64,000 nt of DNA from Catajapyx aquilonaris (GCA_000934665.2 KZ538079.1:62001-126000), one strand, 5' to 3'; counted from the stretch's first letter, positions 27,722-42,830 are shown. Numbers and translations: made by a program. Notes: generated by a model not told the origin, from the sequence alone.

Positions 27722-30700
27722 GTAATGTTGGATGAAAGTAGTTGCTTGCTATATATAGCTCTACCCCTCATATACCATTGTACTACCCTCCTGCACGCGA
27801 AACTTATGGATTGTCCACCCTAGCAACAGTATGAAAGGAAGCAACAATGTCCACCTGTGAATATCTCGAGTGTGAACTGTGGGTTGCTGTGTGTGAACAA
27901 TCCTGCTCCAAAAGGTTGCCCATTCGAGGGAAGAACAGAGTTGTTCACTCCAGCAACAATTTTAAATTGAAACAACAACATATTGCAGCGTTAACTATTT
28001 ATTCGTGGAATTATATCACTTACGTATTATTTGTTTATTACTTATTAGATCTCTCAGTAGTTACTTTGGGTGAAATTTTCCAACGACGAAAATGTCACCC
28101 ATTATTTATAATTTATTTTGCACTCGCATTTTATATTTTTGAAATGTTTATTTATCAATTTATTTTATTGACATTTATCAATTAATTTCTATTTCATTGT
28201 TCCGCATTAATATGCAATTTTATTTTTCTATCCATAATTTTGTATATGAGCCAAATGAGCGTATTATTTATTTGTCTAAAGTCTCTAAACATTTATTTCA
28301 ATATTTAGGTATAATCTACTAAGGTAGTAGTATACATATTATTTATAGTAGGCCTACATATTTTATGTTTATTAGTTAATTTAGCTAACTTATCGGCTTG
28401 ATAAGCTGGCATCCTGTCAGTTATTTTCTTTTCTTTTTTAAACACTGATTGATTTAGAGGCAACAGCATGTACTTGCTGGGACGAACAATTCCATGCTTG
28501 TCTCTTGCACTTTGGAGCATTGCACCTGTATGTCACCCAGTACACGGGGCCCCTTCAATCCGCATAATTGTAGCACAGGTGCCAGATGACAAGAGACTCA
28601 TGGTTAATGTATGAGCGATGACAGGAGTTGAAGCCAAGGACGGGATGTTGATCAATAGCGTTAATTATACCTCCGCATTGTATCACCCCTAGGGAGGGTG
28701 GGCACCTGTATCGTGTGTGCATTGTCGGATTCAATCAGCGCATGCTCCGGCCTGGGAAAGGTCAACAACTTGGGCACCAGGTGACCACTTTTGGGTGATG
28801 GGAAAAGAGGAAGTTTTTAGAGACGAGGAGGAAAGGCATGCCGAGGGGTTATTCACACTTTAATTAGTTGGGTACACGGGATTACTGACTACTCGGGTAC
28901 GGTATTACTCGAGACTACCCCTGACTACCAAAAGACTACCCATGGACATGGAGGACTACCATAAATGCGAAACTCGCTTTTTTTAAAAAAGAATTGCATC
29001 GTTACTTAATCTCGTACATGCATCTATTTTTTAATTTTAATAGCATTTACTTAGTAATTGTGACATTGTTATTATTAAAAACAAATTATTATTTTAATAA
29101 ATGAATTGCATCGTTGATGGTGTTTATAACTTGACTATTTGAATCTGATGATGGTTTATAACTTGTGTTTCCATCACACAATTTTTAAATGCCGTGTTTA
29201 ATTAGTCGACAACTCTAACACAACCCTTACACACATGAACATGTGGCGCCATCGGGCTCAAGAAATGGCACCAGCCGGCAGGCAGGCCACTGCCCTGGAA
29301 TAAACCGAATGGTTTTTCCATACTCTGCCTTTGGGCAAGGTCGAAACAAGGTCCCATTTTCATCGCTTCCAGAGAAAATGGTTTCCAATCATCATTATTG
29401 TTGTACTGCTTTCTACCCCAAGGATTTTGATTGCAGGTTGGAGAGACCTGTACAAAAACTAATTAATTGACCGGAGCTGTGCCATTAGAGCAAACGGGGG
29501 GAAAAGAATTGTAATTCCGGTAGCCAATCAGAAGCCGTTCTTGCCTTCAGGTGTAACTGTTCCTACGTCAGATTCTCTGAAGTATTTAATGATTCACAAT
29601 TCCGTTTATTTCCAACCCTTTTTTTCAAACCGTGGTTTATGAATTTTCCACGGTTGTCGTCTGGCACCCCTGCTAAGGACACCCAAAAAATAGATGGCTC
29701 CCGGTTCCTTCACGCCATCTATTTCCCTTTCCCCCATCCAAATCGAATCAACTTGTGAAGGAAACATATATTTCTTCTTTTCATCCCAAACCAAAAAAAT
29801 GAAAAATGTACCTGTCTTGTTAGGATAGCCAATCAGCGGATTTTTGGTGCCGGAATCGCAACAATAGGAACCAGAAATGACGCCGCCATTCACAAGCCTT
29901 TGAAAATGTGACGTATATTCGATTTTTTTTCCCCCTCGTCTCTTCAACAACAAAAAAAAAGTGCTTAACAATTGGTGGGTAGGGGGTGTTGAAGAAACGA
30001 GGTGTTTGGAGGAGGTGTCAGGATCTATTGCTATGAATTCCGGCCTGTCAGACTGAATATTTTATTATCCACAAAGGAAAGCGAAAGATTCCTTTCCCTT
30101 CCCTGGACCTGCTCGGGAAGAAAAGGGAAGAAAGAAAGAAAAAAATGGTTGCAGGAAGAAATCTGGTTATGGGATGAAGAAGCAGCTCCAAATTCAGGAT
30201 GGACAACTTTTCATTGTTAAGAATGCGTAATTATGCAAGGGTCGAGAGTTTATTAAGGTTGAATTTTGTATGAGCTTCGGACGTGTGAGGGTAGATGTCA
30301 CTAGTGGAGCTCAAGCGGATGTTTTGTGAACTTTGGAAATCGCATTCGGGCGGAGGTACAGCTGATTCGACTTACACATACGTAAGTCGGAGACTGCCTG
30401 TAAATATATGACCAAGATAACTCATAACGCTCATAATAGCATTTTTAAGTAGCAGTGACGAAATCGCTGCTACTTTTTAGACAAAATGTACTTATAGAGC
30501 TGTTATTGTCATTGCTTCCGCGATGCGAGTTTCACTGACACACTTTCAGGCACGAGGTGATGAACGGTGGCAGTAGGCCTAATCATTAATCTGGATGAGT
30601 GGATAATGACATGTTATAGAGTGAATAGGAACCAAAACTTTCGTGACACCCATATTCGAACGCAGCCCCCTTTTTCTGCCTAGCAACCGCCTTTGGCAAT

Positions 30701-32545
30701 GAATACTATCCCGAAGTTTGAATGGGGGTCATCATATGTCAAGGAATTTTCAGGGCAACTGACCCATTTCGGCGCAGAAGAGACACGAAATCTTGTGTGT
30801 CTGAATAATTGTCTGAATTTTTTAAAAGGAGTTTGCGCAATAGTTTGTTTTTCTTCGGATTTTTTTGCCGGTCGGGGAAAGGCGCCTTTCATTTGAGTCG
30901 AGTGTTTTCGTTGGCATAAGAAGGGTTTGCAGGTGTTGGAAAGAGGTGCACTTGTTTTTTCTCTCTCAAAGGACACCATTGCCATGAACTGGTAGCATTA
31001 AGTGAAGGCTGTTGCTATGTCCGTAGCGAAAGTGATTCAATTTTTTGCCCGGTTGATTACAGAATTGCGGAAATTCCAGGTTGAAAATTGTGCGATTTTG
31101 TCATAGAAATGTAAAAGTGTGGAAATCACTTATTTCATAATAATATCACTGACAACAACTTCAGAAAAATTGAATGCGACAGTTTGAGTGAAATATAATC
31201 AGTGATAAAATTAGTCCCGCAGGATAGAGTATTTTTAAAAAATCATAGAAATCGTCCTTGATGCAACAACCGTCGTGGATTATCCCAATAAAACTTTTTA
31301 AGTGGATGCAAATCGCTCAATTATCAGTGAAGGGCATATCCTCGCTAATAATCAAGTTGTTTGTGCTCACTACAGAGTTATTATACTTCAAGCAGGAAAT
31401 CGGCAAAATTGCGAACTTTATTTTTCGCAATTCCACAGTTTCGTAGAAGCTCTTGATAATTGTGTTAAAAANCCCCCCCCCCCCCCCCAAAAAAAAAAAA
31501 ACAATCCTAGTAATTGGCCACGTACAGGAAGACAAGTTCCTATCGCAAATGGAGCTCGACTCCGGTCGTAAATAACTCAAGGCCTCACTTGTCAGCTTCA
31601 AAAGCATTGCTGGTCACTCACTCGTCCAGCCTCAATCCCTTTGACAAAAGTTACCCCCCAGATGTGACCAAATAATTTGCCTATACAGGGTGTTCCATAT
31701 TTGGCAGTAAACCCCAGTTTTGCCCCCCAGCTGTTGTTTTGCTGACCATGGAGGGCAGTAAGAAGCAAATATACCTCTAGGCCCCAGCTGTGGTGGCCAG
31801 AAAAATGGGGTCGTAAATGATATGTGCATGTTTGGTACAACTCATGATGGCGTGATCGAGGCGGATTGATGTGCGTTTTTATCTGGCCAATTAGGAGTCA
31901 AGGTAGGAAAGAGCTGACCATTTATGGGTGTGGCAGCCTTGGACTAGAACCTAGAAAAGGACCATCATTGTGCATGGTTTTTTAAAATATTTGAGTTGTA
32001 CATGGTGTGTCATCAAGTAGGCACAATTTTGTACAGTATGCATAAAAAACATAGATCGAGGCCAAGTTTGTTTGGCAAAGTTCAACGTTATGTTGCCAAC
32101 ACTTTCAACACTCAACCCGCATTAATCACACACCAACCCCCGATTATCTCCGGCGTGTGTCTCACAACCCCCAACTCTCCATCATCTGCTTGTAAACTAC
32201 CTGGCGTAACTCTTCTTCACACAGAAGTTTTTGTTTATATGTATGGGATGCTCCTATAGTGTGTGAGTGTGGGAGTGAAAGTGTGTGGGGGTTCAGGAGG
32301 CGGAGTTAGACGTCTTTTGGCCTCGGAGTCGGACGGGACTGGAGCTCATTCGGTGTCGAACTTAACTGTGTTTCGGAAGCTACAAACCGTGCAAAAACAT
32401 TATGGTATAGTAACTGACATACAAAAAAAATACGAGCGTTTTGCTTGCATTACGCTGACACAGTTCTGCATGGTAACTCAGTCTTGCACAGTGTACCGTT
32501 GGGTCCGTTCGCATTTGGGTCGTCTTTATAGTGTTGTGGTGTGAT

Positions 32546-32565
32546 ATGGCTGCTATTTGTTATTG
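32546..32565 (+). CDS. Candidate alternative first coding micro-exon (MAAICY)
   Basis: ATG plus 6 codons + 2 nt, consensus donor TG|GTGAGT (phase 2). Inr-like TCATTC about 200 bp upstream. Confidence 0.4.
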
Positions 32566-33394
32566 GTGAGTTATACTGTACCAATATAGGAATGTTGATT
32601 AGTATTCAAATAGATTCGGTGGAAATTGTCAGTTGAATCAGAACCGGGAAGAGTAATCGGATGGTCCATGAGCTGGATGTTGATGGAGTGAAAGGTAAAC
32701 GCCGGGTCTTGTTAAGCAACTGGTAATTTCACATCCATCATATATGAGCGCCTGGAAATCGAATTTTCGTGTATAGAACGAAAGGTAACGGATAGTTATT
32801 TGGTGTCGTGGGATGTAGTTTTATTAGGTACGGAGGTGGACTGGTTTGGCCAGATGCTGCTTACTTCTCTGTTTCAGGAACAGATTTTTTTAAAGTATGA
32901 AGTTTAACGAACCTTGCAAGGTCGAGTCAGTCACAATGTCGCCCACTAGCTGAAATGACAATTGATTCATTTGAAATAAAAAAATTGCACATAATAATTT
33001 TCATAAGTGAACCAAGTCGGTATTTGCCCTGTTTGCCCTACAACTTCGTGCAGATTGTCCTATTGTCACACTAGCAGCAAGGTCACACTTGTCACCACCC
33101 GGAACCACGAGCCCGTTTAGCGTAATGTTTTTTCGCGTGCAATCTGGTCATAATCGGCGAGCCTGTCAAAAATCAGTGCGTGACGCCAATGCCACGTCAC
33201 GGAATAAATATACGGTACACGGTGCACCAAACTGAGCTTTACACTCACATTTTAAAAAAACAGACGACTCATTACGTAGGGGCGTAACTTTCAGAATTCG
33301 CAAATGAACCACATACCAGCCTGGAGAGTGGATTAGTTCGGCATACACCTTTGCGTGTGTTGTGTGTGTGTCGAGGTGACATAAAGGGAGTAAC

Positions 33395-33546
33395 ATGGAG
33401 AAGGATTGGTCCCAGTGCTGTCACAGTGGTGGCGTACCCTTGAGAGACTTTTGCGACACGCAGCGTCTCCGTCAACGACCCCGAAAATCCGGGGTGTTGC
33501 ATCTCCTCTGCGGGCTCGGATTGGAACTCGCTAATTGCGTTGACAG
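33395..33546 (+). CDS. Candidate alternative first coding exon (MEKDWSQCCH...LLCGLGLELANCVD)
   Basis: Context AACATGG, 50 codons + 2 nt, donor AG|GTATAC (phase 2, weaker). Inr-like TTAGTT at about 33333. Confidence 0.45.
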
Positions 33547-36500
33547 GTATACCTTTATTTTGAAATTATACTCAAAAAAGTGTGGTTTTCAGCTGAAGCA
33601 ATCAGTAGTCCGGTAGTGGGTTAGGCAGCCCGGACATACAAACAAACATCGAACTTTCCCATTTATACTGTATAAGTGACAATAAAAAATTATTTCAAAT
33701 TTATTGTTGAAAACGATATTGCCCTGGATGTATCGAACTTTTCATGTTCAATTTTGGGACATCCAAACCTGTCTTTATCAGCTATCCAATCCACCTGTCA
33801 TGATTTCGCGAAAAGAAGCCCCGCCATCTCAGCTCCAGAGAGACTGGCGCCTGCCTTAAAGCAGTGGTGTTATTTTGGAATGGGGCGTGGATGGCTGGGG
33901 CACACACCAAAATTTATCTGCCTTCTGCCCGCATTTGGTTACGAGACATGTTCTGTTGCCAAGGGTTTCTCCCCTGATGCTTGTTCCTCCAAATAATAAA
34001 ATAAGGAAGAGACACCGAATACAAAAATATAGGTGTTGGCATATAAGGAGCGGGGATCTTACGTGTATTGAAATGCTCAACACCTTCGTCTCCATAAAGT
34101 TCAGGATGCTGATTAAGCAAGGTTTTTTTGTGAAGTGAAGGATGGCCCCATTCCCTGAAACCGGGTGTGTTGTTGGGCCAACCATACCATTAGGATGAAG
34201 CAGTTACGACGTCTTTCTGGCTCTCTCCCACACCTTTTGTTGGTTAGCCATTAGACACCCTTTTTTTGTATTCGCAACGCGGCTTGTAACCGCGACCTGA
34301 CCTTTGCGCAAGGTCCGCTTAACAAGTTGCTCTTCTGGGAATCGCGAAACTGGCACAAAAGAAGGTGATGCTGAGGGTGGGCGCCACCTTCAAAGGGCTT
34401 CCCACAGTGTATTATTGCTAAAGCTATCCCGGATGCGACCCTTTATCAGCCATCGGAATCAAAGATGATATGCTAAAGGTCAAGAAGCATCTGATGGCAA
34501 TATGAATTTCTCAACCAACAATATAATTTAGTTATAAAATAAATTATAATTATGCAAAATATTAACTCGCGAATATTTTCGCTAACCACACGTTTTCGGT
34601 GACCGGCATAAAAAGCGATGAAATATGTCGAATCGATGTTGACCCCAAAATGAGGGTCCAATTGGACACAGTACGGCCAAGGTCGTGTGCGAAATTGCTT
34701 TTTTTATTATAGGTATACCGGTACTACATTCCCCAAGGACGTTTCCTCAGGCAACCGAGGGCATACCGACACGTCTTGCTTCTTCCTTCTTGGAACCGCA
34801 TCATTCGAGCAGCCAGATCATGGCAGCGTTTGGTCATCAGCAAAATGATGTATTGCGAAGGGGATGGTTGAATCTCGGGGTATTTTAGTTCCCCGTTTAT
34901 TATATATGGCACTATCTAACCTTGGAAAATAAATTGTGTACACAAGTGTTATCGTATATGGGCCTGAAAGATTGTTATTGTGGATAACATTATCATATTA
35001 TTGGATCTGTGACTTTGCCCGCGATGAGTCATAGTGCGCCATCTATGTGATAGATATGGTACTACGTCCACAATCAAGTTTTTGCCTGTGGGTTCACTCC
35101 CTTTTTAATTACAAATAATATGTTAATTGCTAATAAATGCCGACAGGTTGCTGCCTTGGCACGTGTATAAGTGGCATGTACAAGTTGTCCGGGACAAAAT
35201 CCGGATAAAACGGAGGGAATCACTGTTGTTTACGGCCCCTGGTTAGAGGGCGGAATTGGAAATAATCTGGAAATTTACGCCGACATTTACTGGCACTTTA
35301 GGGAGAGTTATACGGGCCATGGTGTGTGTATATATCTGGCACAATTATGTAGCGGTTAGACCCACCCAAAAAAACCGTAACTGCAACCTGTCGATGGCAT
35401 GTCTTGAGAAATCGGGGGGGCCTATTGATGATGGGACTTGCCGAAAAAATGTCGCGTGACAAGGTCAAAGTGTGGCGCCCGAATGCCTAGGTGCCCCTGC
35501 TGCGAAAAAGGTCACGACCCCAACAAGCTAGGCACGCGTGCCGCCCGCTGGGTTGCCCCCAAAAAAATTAGAAAAAGATTTTTTGACGCACATGTGTGAC
35601 CCGAACTTTTTGTGCGCGTGTGTACAGGGTGATCCATTTTCAGTTACATTATGGGCAGCTACGATAGTTATAAGTTCTTAGCTATTTTTTTGAGTTGCAT
35701 GTACAGTACAAGTATTTCCAACCCCGATTTTTACTCGTGTACTTACGTCGTATGACCTTCAAAGTTTACTGGATTGAATTGAAATTTCCGGAAGTGTTGC
35801 ATCCTCATGACGTGCGCAAGGTCGGATTTTAAAAAGGGGGTACAGATAGTTTAAAAAAATGGTTAAGTAAACCAGTAGCTTGAATGGTGTGGGATTCGAC
35901 TAGACACATACTCTTCGCCGGATTTTCCAAATCCTGGTAAGCCTGAATATTACATAAGACGTTTTTATCTTTTGCAAACATATTTCTAAGAAGTGTGTCG
36001 CAAAAATGTGACCACAAAATGTCAGGATAGAGACCGCCCTCTTCCTGGCCATGAAGAATGGCAATGGTTTGTGCCCAAGGCGAAAATCTGGTTTCCCGCA
36101 GACTTCGTGGGGTTATTCGGAGGCAGAGAGAAAATGTACTGTCAAGGTTTTTGCAGCGTGTGACCTCGGTCGGCAGATGGCCACAAGACTTCCGATTCCT
36201 GTGAGGGTGACCTTCTTAGTACTAACTTGGGCAGTGCTGTACACCAAATTCACACACATCCCTGTTAATTACTGGGATCCGAAATATTGTGTGGACATTT
36301 GCAATCTGCATTTTGGGCGCCCAGTAATTAGCCACATGTTTAACAACATTGAGGGGTGGTCATAATCATGACTATATGTGTATACTCAGCAGCATTCCAT
36401 AATAATCAAGCAACATGCCGAAAACGCCTCCATGCTATTGCTGGATGGGCAGAAATTTTCTGAGAATCGCATTTCCACAGCGTTTTAATAATGCATTACC

Positions 36501-36763
36501 CCAGCTCCGGGGTTTTCCGTACCATCCACGGTCCCTGTTTTGCATAGCCATCCGAGCGTGCCGATTAGTGCTTGTGTGCTGCTACACACATCTATCCCTC
36601 CCAAGCGACTAGCTCGAAACAAATCGACAAACACCCAGCATGTATAGCAGCGTGTTTTGTCACACAAAAAAAGTTTCGTACAAAAAATTGGATCGAAACA
36701 ACCGTCATTACTCTACCAATAGTCTGATAATTTTTTTTTTTAATGGCAACTTTCTCGAATTAT

Positions 36764-37633
<870 letters not shown>

Positions 37634-38109
37634 AAGATACGTTCGTCCGAAACATTTTCTATTGTTGACATACACTGTACGTAGTACATGAATATTGTGC
37701 ACCGGCACGTGCATGACCCGCAGGTGTTGAACTGATTTTCTCCTCTGCCACACGCCAGCTGCTGCCCCATCCAAACACCTGCCCTCCCACCCACCACCTT
37801 CCCAGTTCTTAGGCTCCTAAGGCCATTTGGGCTCCCCCACTTTTATCCTCAAACATGAAGCAACATCTTTGAAGGAGCCCCAGAAAACCACCTGCCCATA
37901 CCAACCCTGGCCCCTGATTGGTCCACAAGGCGCGTGGCCCACACTGGAATCTTGCACACACAACCCCCTATTGTCAGCTGGAAGGTTGCTGGCTTAGGGT
38001 GGCCATCTGGCACTCTGGGAGCAGTGGGCACGAGTCAGGGGGCAAAACAGAAGGTTCTTGGACATTTTGGAGAGAGGAAGCATTTCTCGGTGGGTCTCTC
38101 TCTGGCGAC

Positions 38110-38141
38110 ATGTTGTTCTGCATATCAGGATTCATCAAGGG
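38110..38141 (+). CDS. Candidate alternative first coding exon (MLFCISGFIK)
   Basis: GACATG, 10 codons + 2 nt, consensus donor GG|GTGAGT (phase 2). Confidence 0.35.
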
Positions 38142-39579
38142 GTGAGTCGCACACGTGGGAGGGACACATATAGGACTTTAGACATTGGAAGATTGTGTTA
38201 AACCACAAGTGACAGTATGATCAAAACATGTTTATAGTTTAGTGGTTATCAAAAATATTAGCTGCTATTGATGACCACTACAATAATAAGCAGCGTACTA
38301 TCAATCACAACTCGCAGCTTTGCAGTTTCTGAAACTAGGTGGAGTCGCTTAAAACGCAGTTAAAACGGGTTTGAACCTGATTTCCTCTTCTTTGTTGACA
38401 TTTTTTTCCCCACCACCCTTGTTGCCTCCGTGGGAGGCAAATGAGTTTAGGACATCCCCCCCTGGGGTAGGTCCGGCAGCAGTCCTTTCGAACAATAGTA
38501 CCCTAGGAGTGACTTACGGCCCTCATAAAACTGGCTTGTCAACTTCCAGGTTTTTCCCAGGTTTTGCTTCCATGTTGACCCCCCAAAATTTCGGCCTATA
38601 TGTGTACTTTCATCATTCTCCCCCTGGGGGCTTATTAGACGGTCCCCAAAAAGCCATGGCGCGCCATATTCTTGGCGCTATAATGGCCCCCCATGAATAC
38701 GCAAGTCCCCCTTCCTCTTTTAATGAATTCTGCCCCCCCAACTATAAAAGGAAGGGATGCTGCGAAGAAAAGGGAGATTTTGGAGCTCCCGTGGGAAAAA
38801 CCCAGCCATTGACACACTTTGGAGCTACAAAAGTGCATTTTCGGGGACCCAGAAAAGTTTGGCACGCTGAATTAAATATGGCGTCTATTCAGAAGAAGAA
38901 CATGGAGCTGTGGCCTGAGTGTATGGGTGTGCACTGGGCTTGTGTTCCCAAGCTCGCTAAAATCGGTTTTAGCCAGATAATTTCTCACCCTATTCGTACA
39001 TTCACTTCTGGTGAAGCCGAGGCAACTAATGCCATACAAAAAAAAAAAAAAATCTCAAGGTCACATTTCTCAGTAATTAATTGCCGTTACCTGCGCAGGT
39101 GAGGGGGCTCAATAGCTACATTTAAAAAAAATCTGGGGCCAGGTGTCAACCTAGCCAGATGGTAGAGATTTTAGGCGGCCCCGAGGCACAGAAACTCCGA
39201 AGGACGTTTTCAGAAAATCTATATGCAGCACGGAATGATTCAAGTCGTCTCCAAGTAATTATCAGGCCGACCATTGTTGCTCGATCTGTCCTTCGGCCGC
39301 CAAAGCTCGCAACATATTCATTTCCTATGCAGGGTCGAGCAAGAGGAAATTAGGTTGGCAGCCATCCATAATTTTCAATGGTTACACCGGAATTTTGGTA
39401 CGCCTTTTTTTTTTGGGGGGGGGGGGGCATACACGTGCCAGATGGCATCTTCAGACAGATGGAGGACAGCTGGTTAAATATTTTTTACTTAAATTTTTTT
39501 TAAAGGTGATGTCATTAAAAGAGTCCTGATTGGACTGGAATATTTAATACCAATTTCATACCTATTGCACTGTCTCCAT

Positions 39580-40240
39580 GAAAATTTTCCTGCTCGAAAA
39601 GGGGTCAGGAAAGTTTTCTGGCGGTGGTGCAACCGGATAATTTCATGCAAATTTGTACCTATTTATAGCCATTTTATAGCTACCTGTTTATCGACCTGAC
39701 ATCGGAACGTATAGGAAACTTTTTCCGGTTGGGGAAAACAAAAAGCCAGGAAAATATTTTCTGGCGGTGGTGCGACCGGACAATTTCATACCCATTTATA
39801 TCTGTTTATACCTGTTTATCTATCTGATATCGAAAGGTTGCACCGTCTCCAGAAAACGTTTCCGGTTGGAAAGAAGCCTGGAAAGTTGTCCGGCCGAAAA
39901 ATGTTTTCTGGCTGTGGTACCAATTTTTACTTATTTATATAGGCCTAACATCGAAAGATTGTACCGTCTCCAGGTGAAATTATCGCCGGCTGGAAAATGA
40001 CCAAGAAAGTTTTCTGACATTTTTCTGCCCGGAAAATGTTTTCTGGCGGTGATGCAACCGGACCATTTATCATACCTATATTTGGACCTGACATTGGAAG
40101 GTTGCATCGTAAATTTTTCTGTTGGAAAGGGGGCCAGAAAAGTTTTCCCGACTCTTTTCCGGCCGGAAAATATTTTCTGTTGGTGATGCAACCGGACAGT
40201 TTCATACCCATTTAGAGCCCATTTAATGTCCAGATTATCT
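39580..40240. repeat. Degenerate tandem repeat, ~135-147-bp unit, about 5 copies
   Basis: TTCTGGCGGTGGTGCAACCGGA-like motif at about 39616, 39759, 39906, 40041 and 40175, with shared GGAAAA/CCTGACATCG flanks. Confidence 0.8.
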
Positions 40241-41919
40241 GATATATTGTTTCGGATTTGAAAACTGCGGTATCCTTGTTGACCACGTGTTGTTGGGCGC
40301 ATTGTCCTCTTTTGTTACGGCGGCTACGTCATATCCGCCGGTCCACGCAGTTTAGGTGCGTAGGACCTCACGCAAAGGGCACGCACCGGCACGCACAGTA
40401 TTGATTGCAAGGCCTGGGTTTCCGCCATGGCACACACTCTCTAAAGTCCAGCTTTTCCTCTCTCTCGTCTATGGTTGGAACACAACTATGGATGCTGCGA
40501 ATTTTTCAGCACAACCTGTGGATTTTGGCGGGTATGTAACGTGTACGCATGTTTGATTGTCCCCAAACAACGTGGACGTATTTATACTGGCGGGTTCGGG
40601 TGTCCGATGCAAATGGACTGATCTAGTGTTGAATGGGCTGCTGGGGGNGGGGGAGGAGGAGGAGGAAATGAGAGATTCGGTTTCGGAACCGACCGGTATG
40701 GTGTCAGGTTACATTCCGTTGCTATAATGACGTATACCTATCATGTTATTTGGGCTGGTCAGTTCACTATCCTCTATGTATACTGGCCATTTGATGTAAA
40801 TGTAACCAGAAGCAGGGTAGTAGTGTCATAAACGATGTATGTTGTCATCCGCTATTTGGCAAACAGTTGGAAATCTCAAGGTGAATACTCCGTTATTGTC
40901 ACATGTCCAGACCGTGCTTGCAATTACGGTAATTGCAACACATCAGCTCCACCCAACCCATAGCCATGATAAAGGATCGCGTGTCTATCGTACATTTTGC
41001 ACCGTGATAAAGACGAATGGTTAGCCCTTTTTCCCCAACCGATTTCCGCAATCATTTAATCAACAATGGTTTCAACCAAATCTGCAATTTTAATTAGGGC
41101 TCTATCGAGGAAAAATAACCGCACCTGTCTGCATTTTCCTCGTATGCTATGCGAGTTAATGAGGCAACAACTTTTTAACGTCGATAAGTCAAGGTTATTA
41201 CAGACTCTGCATTTAATTGGATGATCAATCGATTAAGCCTGGGCGACCTAATTACACCCGTTGACTCTCTCGATTAAGCCATTTTTTTAGTCGTGGCTCA
41301 ACAATGGGTGGGTACTCCATTCAATCTGGGTGACAACAATGGGAGTGACTCATGTTGATAAAGCGATTTGTTCAGTGTGTTATCCGATGGACAGCCGTCA
41401 GTCTGGCCTAATCGTCCGATGTGGCAACAGCTGCTCTCGTGGATTAACCCTTGTTCTAGGTTACTAGACTGGTATATTATAGTGTTGAAGGCCCTCGTGC
41501 TTCAAAAGTTGATTATTAACACTCGTCACTCGTACTGAGATTCATGGATAAAAACTGTTCACACAACCCATTTTTGTTACAAAATAACCATGGTGCTACT
41601 TTCTAGTGTGACGTCACTCGATCTACGTCACGCCCCGTCACGCCAGCAGTAACACGTGTCACTGCCCGTCACGCGAAACGTGACACATGTCACTGTCCGT
41701 CACGCTGAATAAACCTTCCTGTCCCTCACCTAAGGTGTGTTGTTCTTGATGGTTGACAACAAAAGTTCATTCCTGCCAGAATCCGGTGTAAGTTACCCCA
41801 CAGATATGCTCCGGAGTAACTTATTATACACCCGTTGCTGTTTGTACCGCCTTCTATAATTGGCTGATTCGCATCACGTGACCATATTTTTAACCTCCTA
41901 TTTTTTTCCTCCTTATCAG

Positions 41920-42180
41920 TGCGCCCTTGAAGTCGGAGAGGCCACCATGCGGACCAGGCCCCTCAGTGAGCAGCGGCTCCGCCCAGGCCACCCCTCGGCC
42001 AATGAGCAAGTCGTACAGCGTGGACGACGCGGCCGGCCCCGCAGCCCAGGGCTGCTCATCCTCTGCCTCGGCCAATGGGATTGCCAGGAGCCGCCAGAGG
42101 TCAGTCAGCGGTCATGGGTCAAAGAAGCCTCCAGCCAGGGCCGCTGACGATGTCCTCAAGAGGTCCAGGGTTCAGACCGG
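41920..42180 (+). CDS. IQSEC1: IQSEC/BRAG (schizo-like) ArfGEF, constant coding exon 1 (261 nt, phase 2-2)
   Basis: Acceptor ttttttcctccttatcag at 41919 and donor gtcagt at 42181. Encodes ...ADDVLKRSRVQTG, which joins in frame to YELSQDLLDKQIEMLERKYGG of the next exon, matching the conserved IQSEC KRSR...YELS.DL.DKQ.EMLERKYGG block. Confidence 0.85.
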
Positions 42181-42239
42181 GTCAGTCTTCTCCCTCCAAC
42201 CTTTGACCCTTACGAGACCGTTTAATAATACAAGTCAAT

Positions 42240-42830
42240 AAATAACAGTTAATATAGCTAATATCATGTCGTAATATAGCTAATATGTCGTAATATAGCT
42301 GTAATGTCATAACAGTTAATATAGCTAATATCATGTTATAATATAGCTGTCATGTCATAAGTTAGTATAGCTAATAACAGTGAATAACAGTCTGTAAAGT
42401 TCATGTAACCTAGAATAGCAGTTATATATAATAACAGTTAATGTAGCTGATAATGGTTAATGTAGCTAATAATTTGCAAAGTTACTGTAACAGCCAGATG
42501 CCCTAGAATGAGTTATATATCTAATAACAGTAGCTAATAGTTTGTAAAGGTAATATAGCCTAGAATAACAGTTATGTATCTAATAACAATGTAGCTAAGA
42601 ACAGTTTGTAATGTTAATATGACCTAGAAACTAGAATAGCAGTTAATGCAGCTAGCTTGTATAAAGTTAATGTAGCCTGGAATAACCATTAATATAGCCT
42701 TAGTGCTTAGTCACTGTATGTATGGTCACTAGATAACAAAGCAAAGAATAATCAACATAGCCAATAAAAGAATACAGTGCTAACTGTATAGCTAATATAG
42801 CCATCAGGAGTTATTAGTAGCTTGGGTTAA
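42240..42830. repeat. AT-rich degenerate minisatellite (AATAACAGTTAATATAGCTA-like unit) in an IQSEC intron
   Basis: Many recurrences of TAATATAGCT/TAATGTAGCT and ATAACAGT. Confidence 0.75.

Noticed and set aside
10250..35632. Unpaired TACAGGGTG/CACCCTGTA ends (about 10250, 15174, 24077, 31684, 35623)
   Set aside because: Likely MITE termini, but no matching partner TIR was found, so element boundaries cannot be supported.
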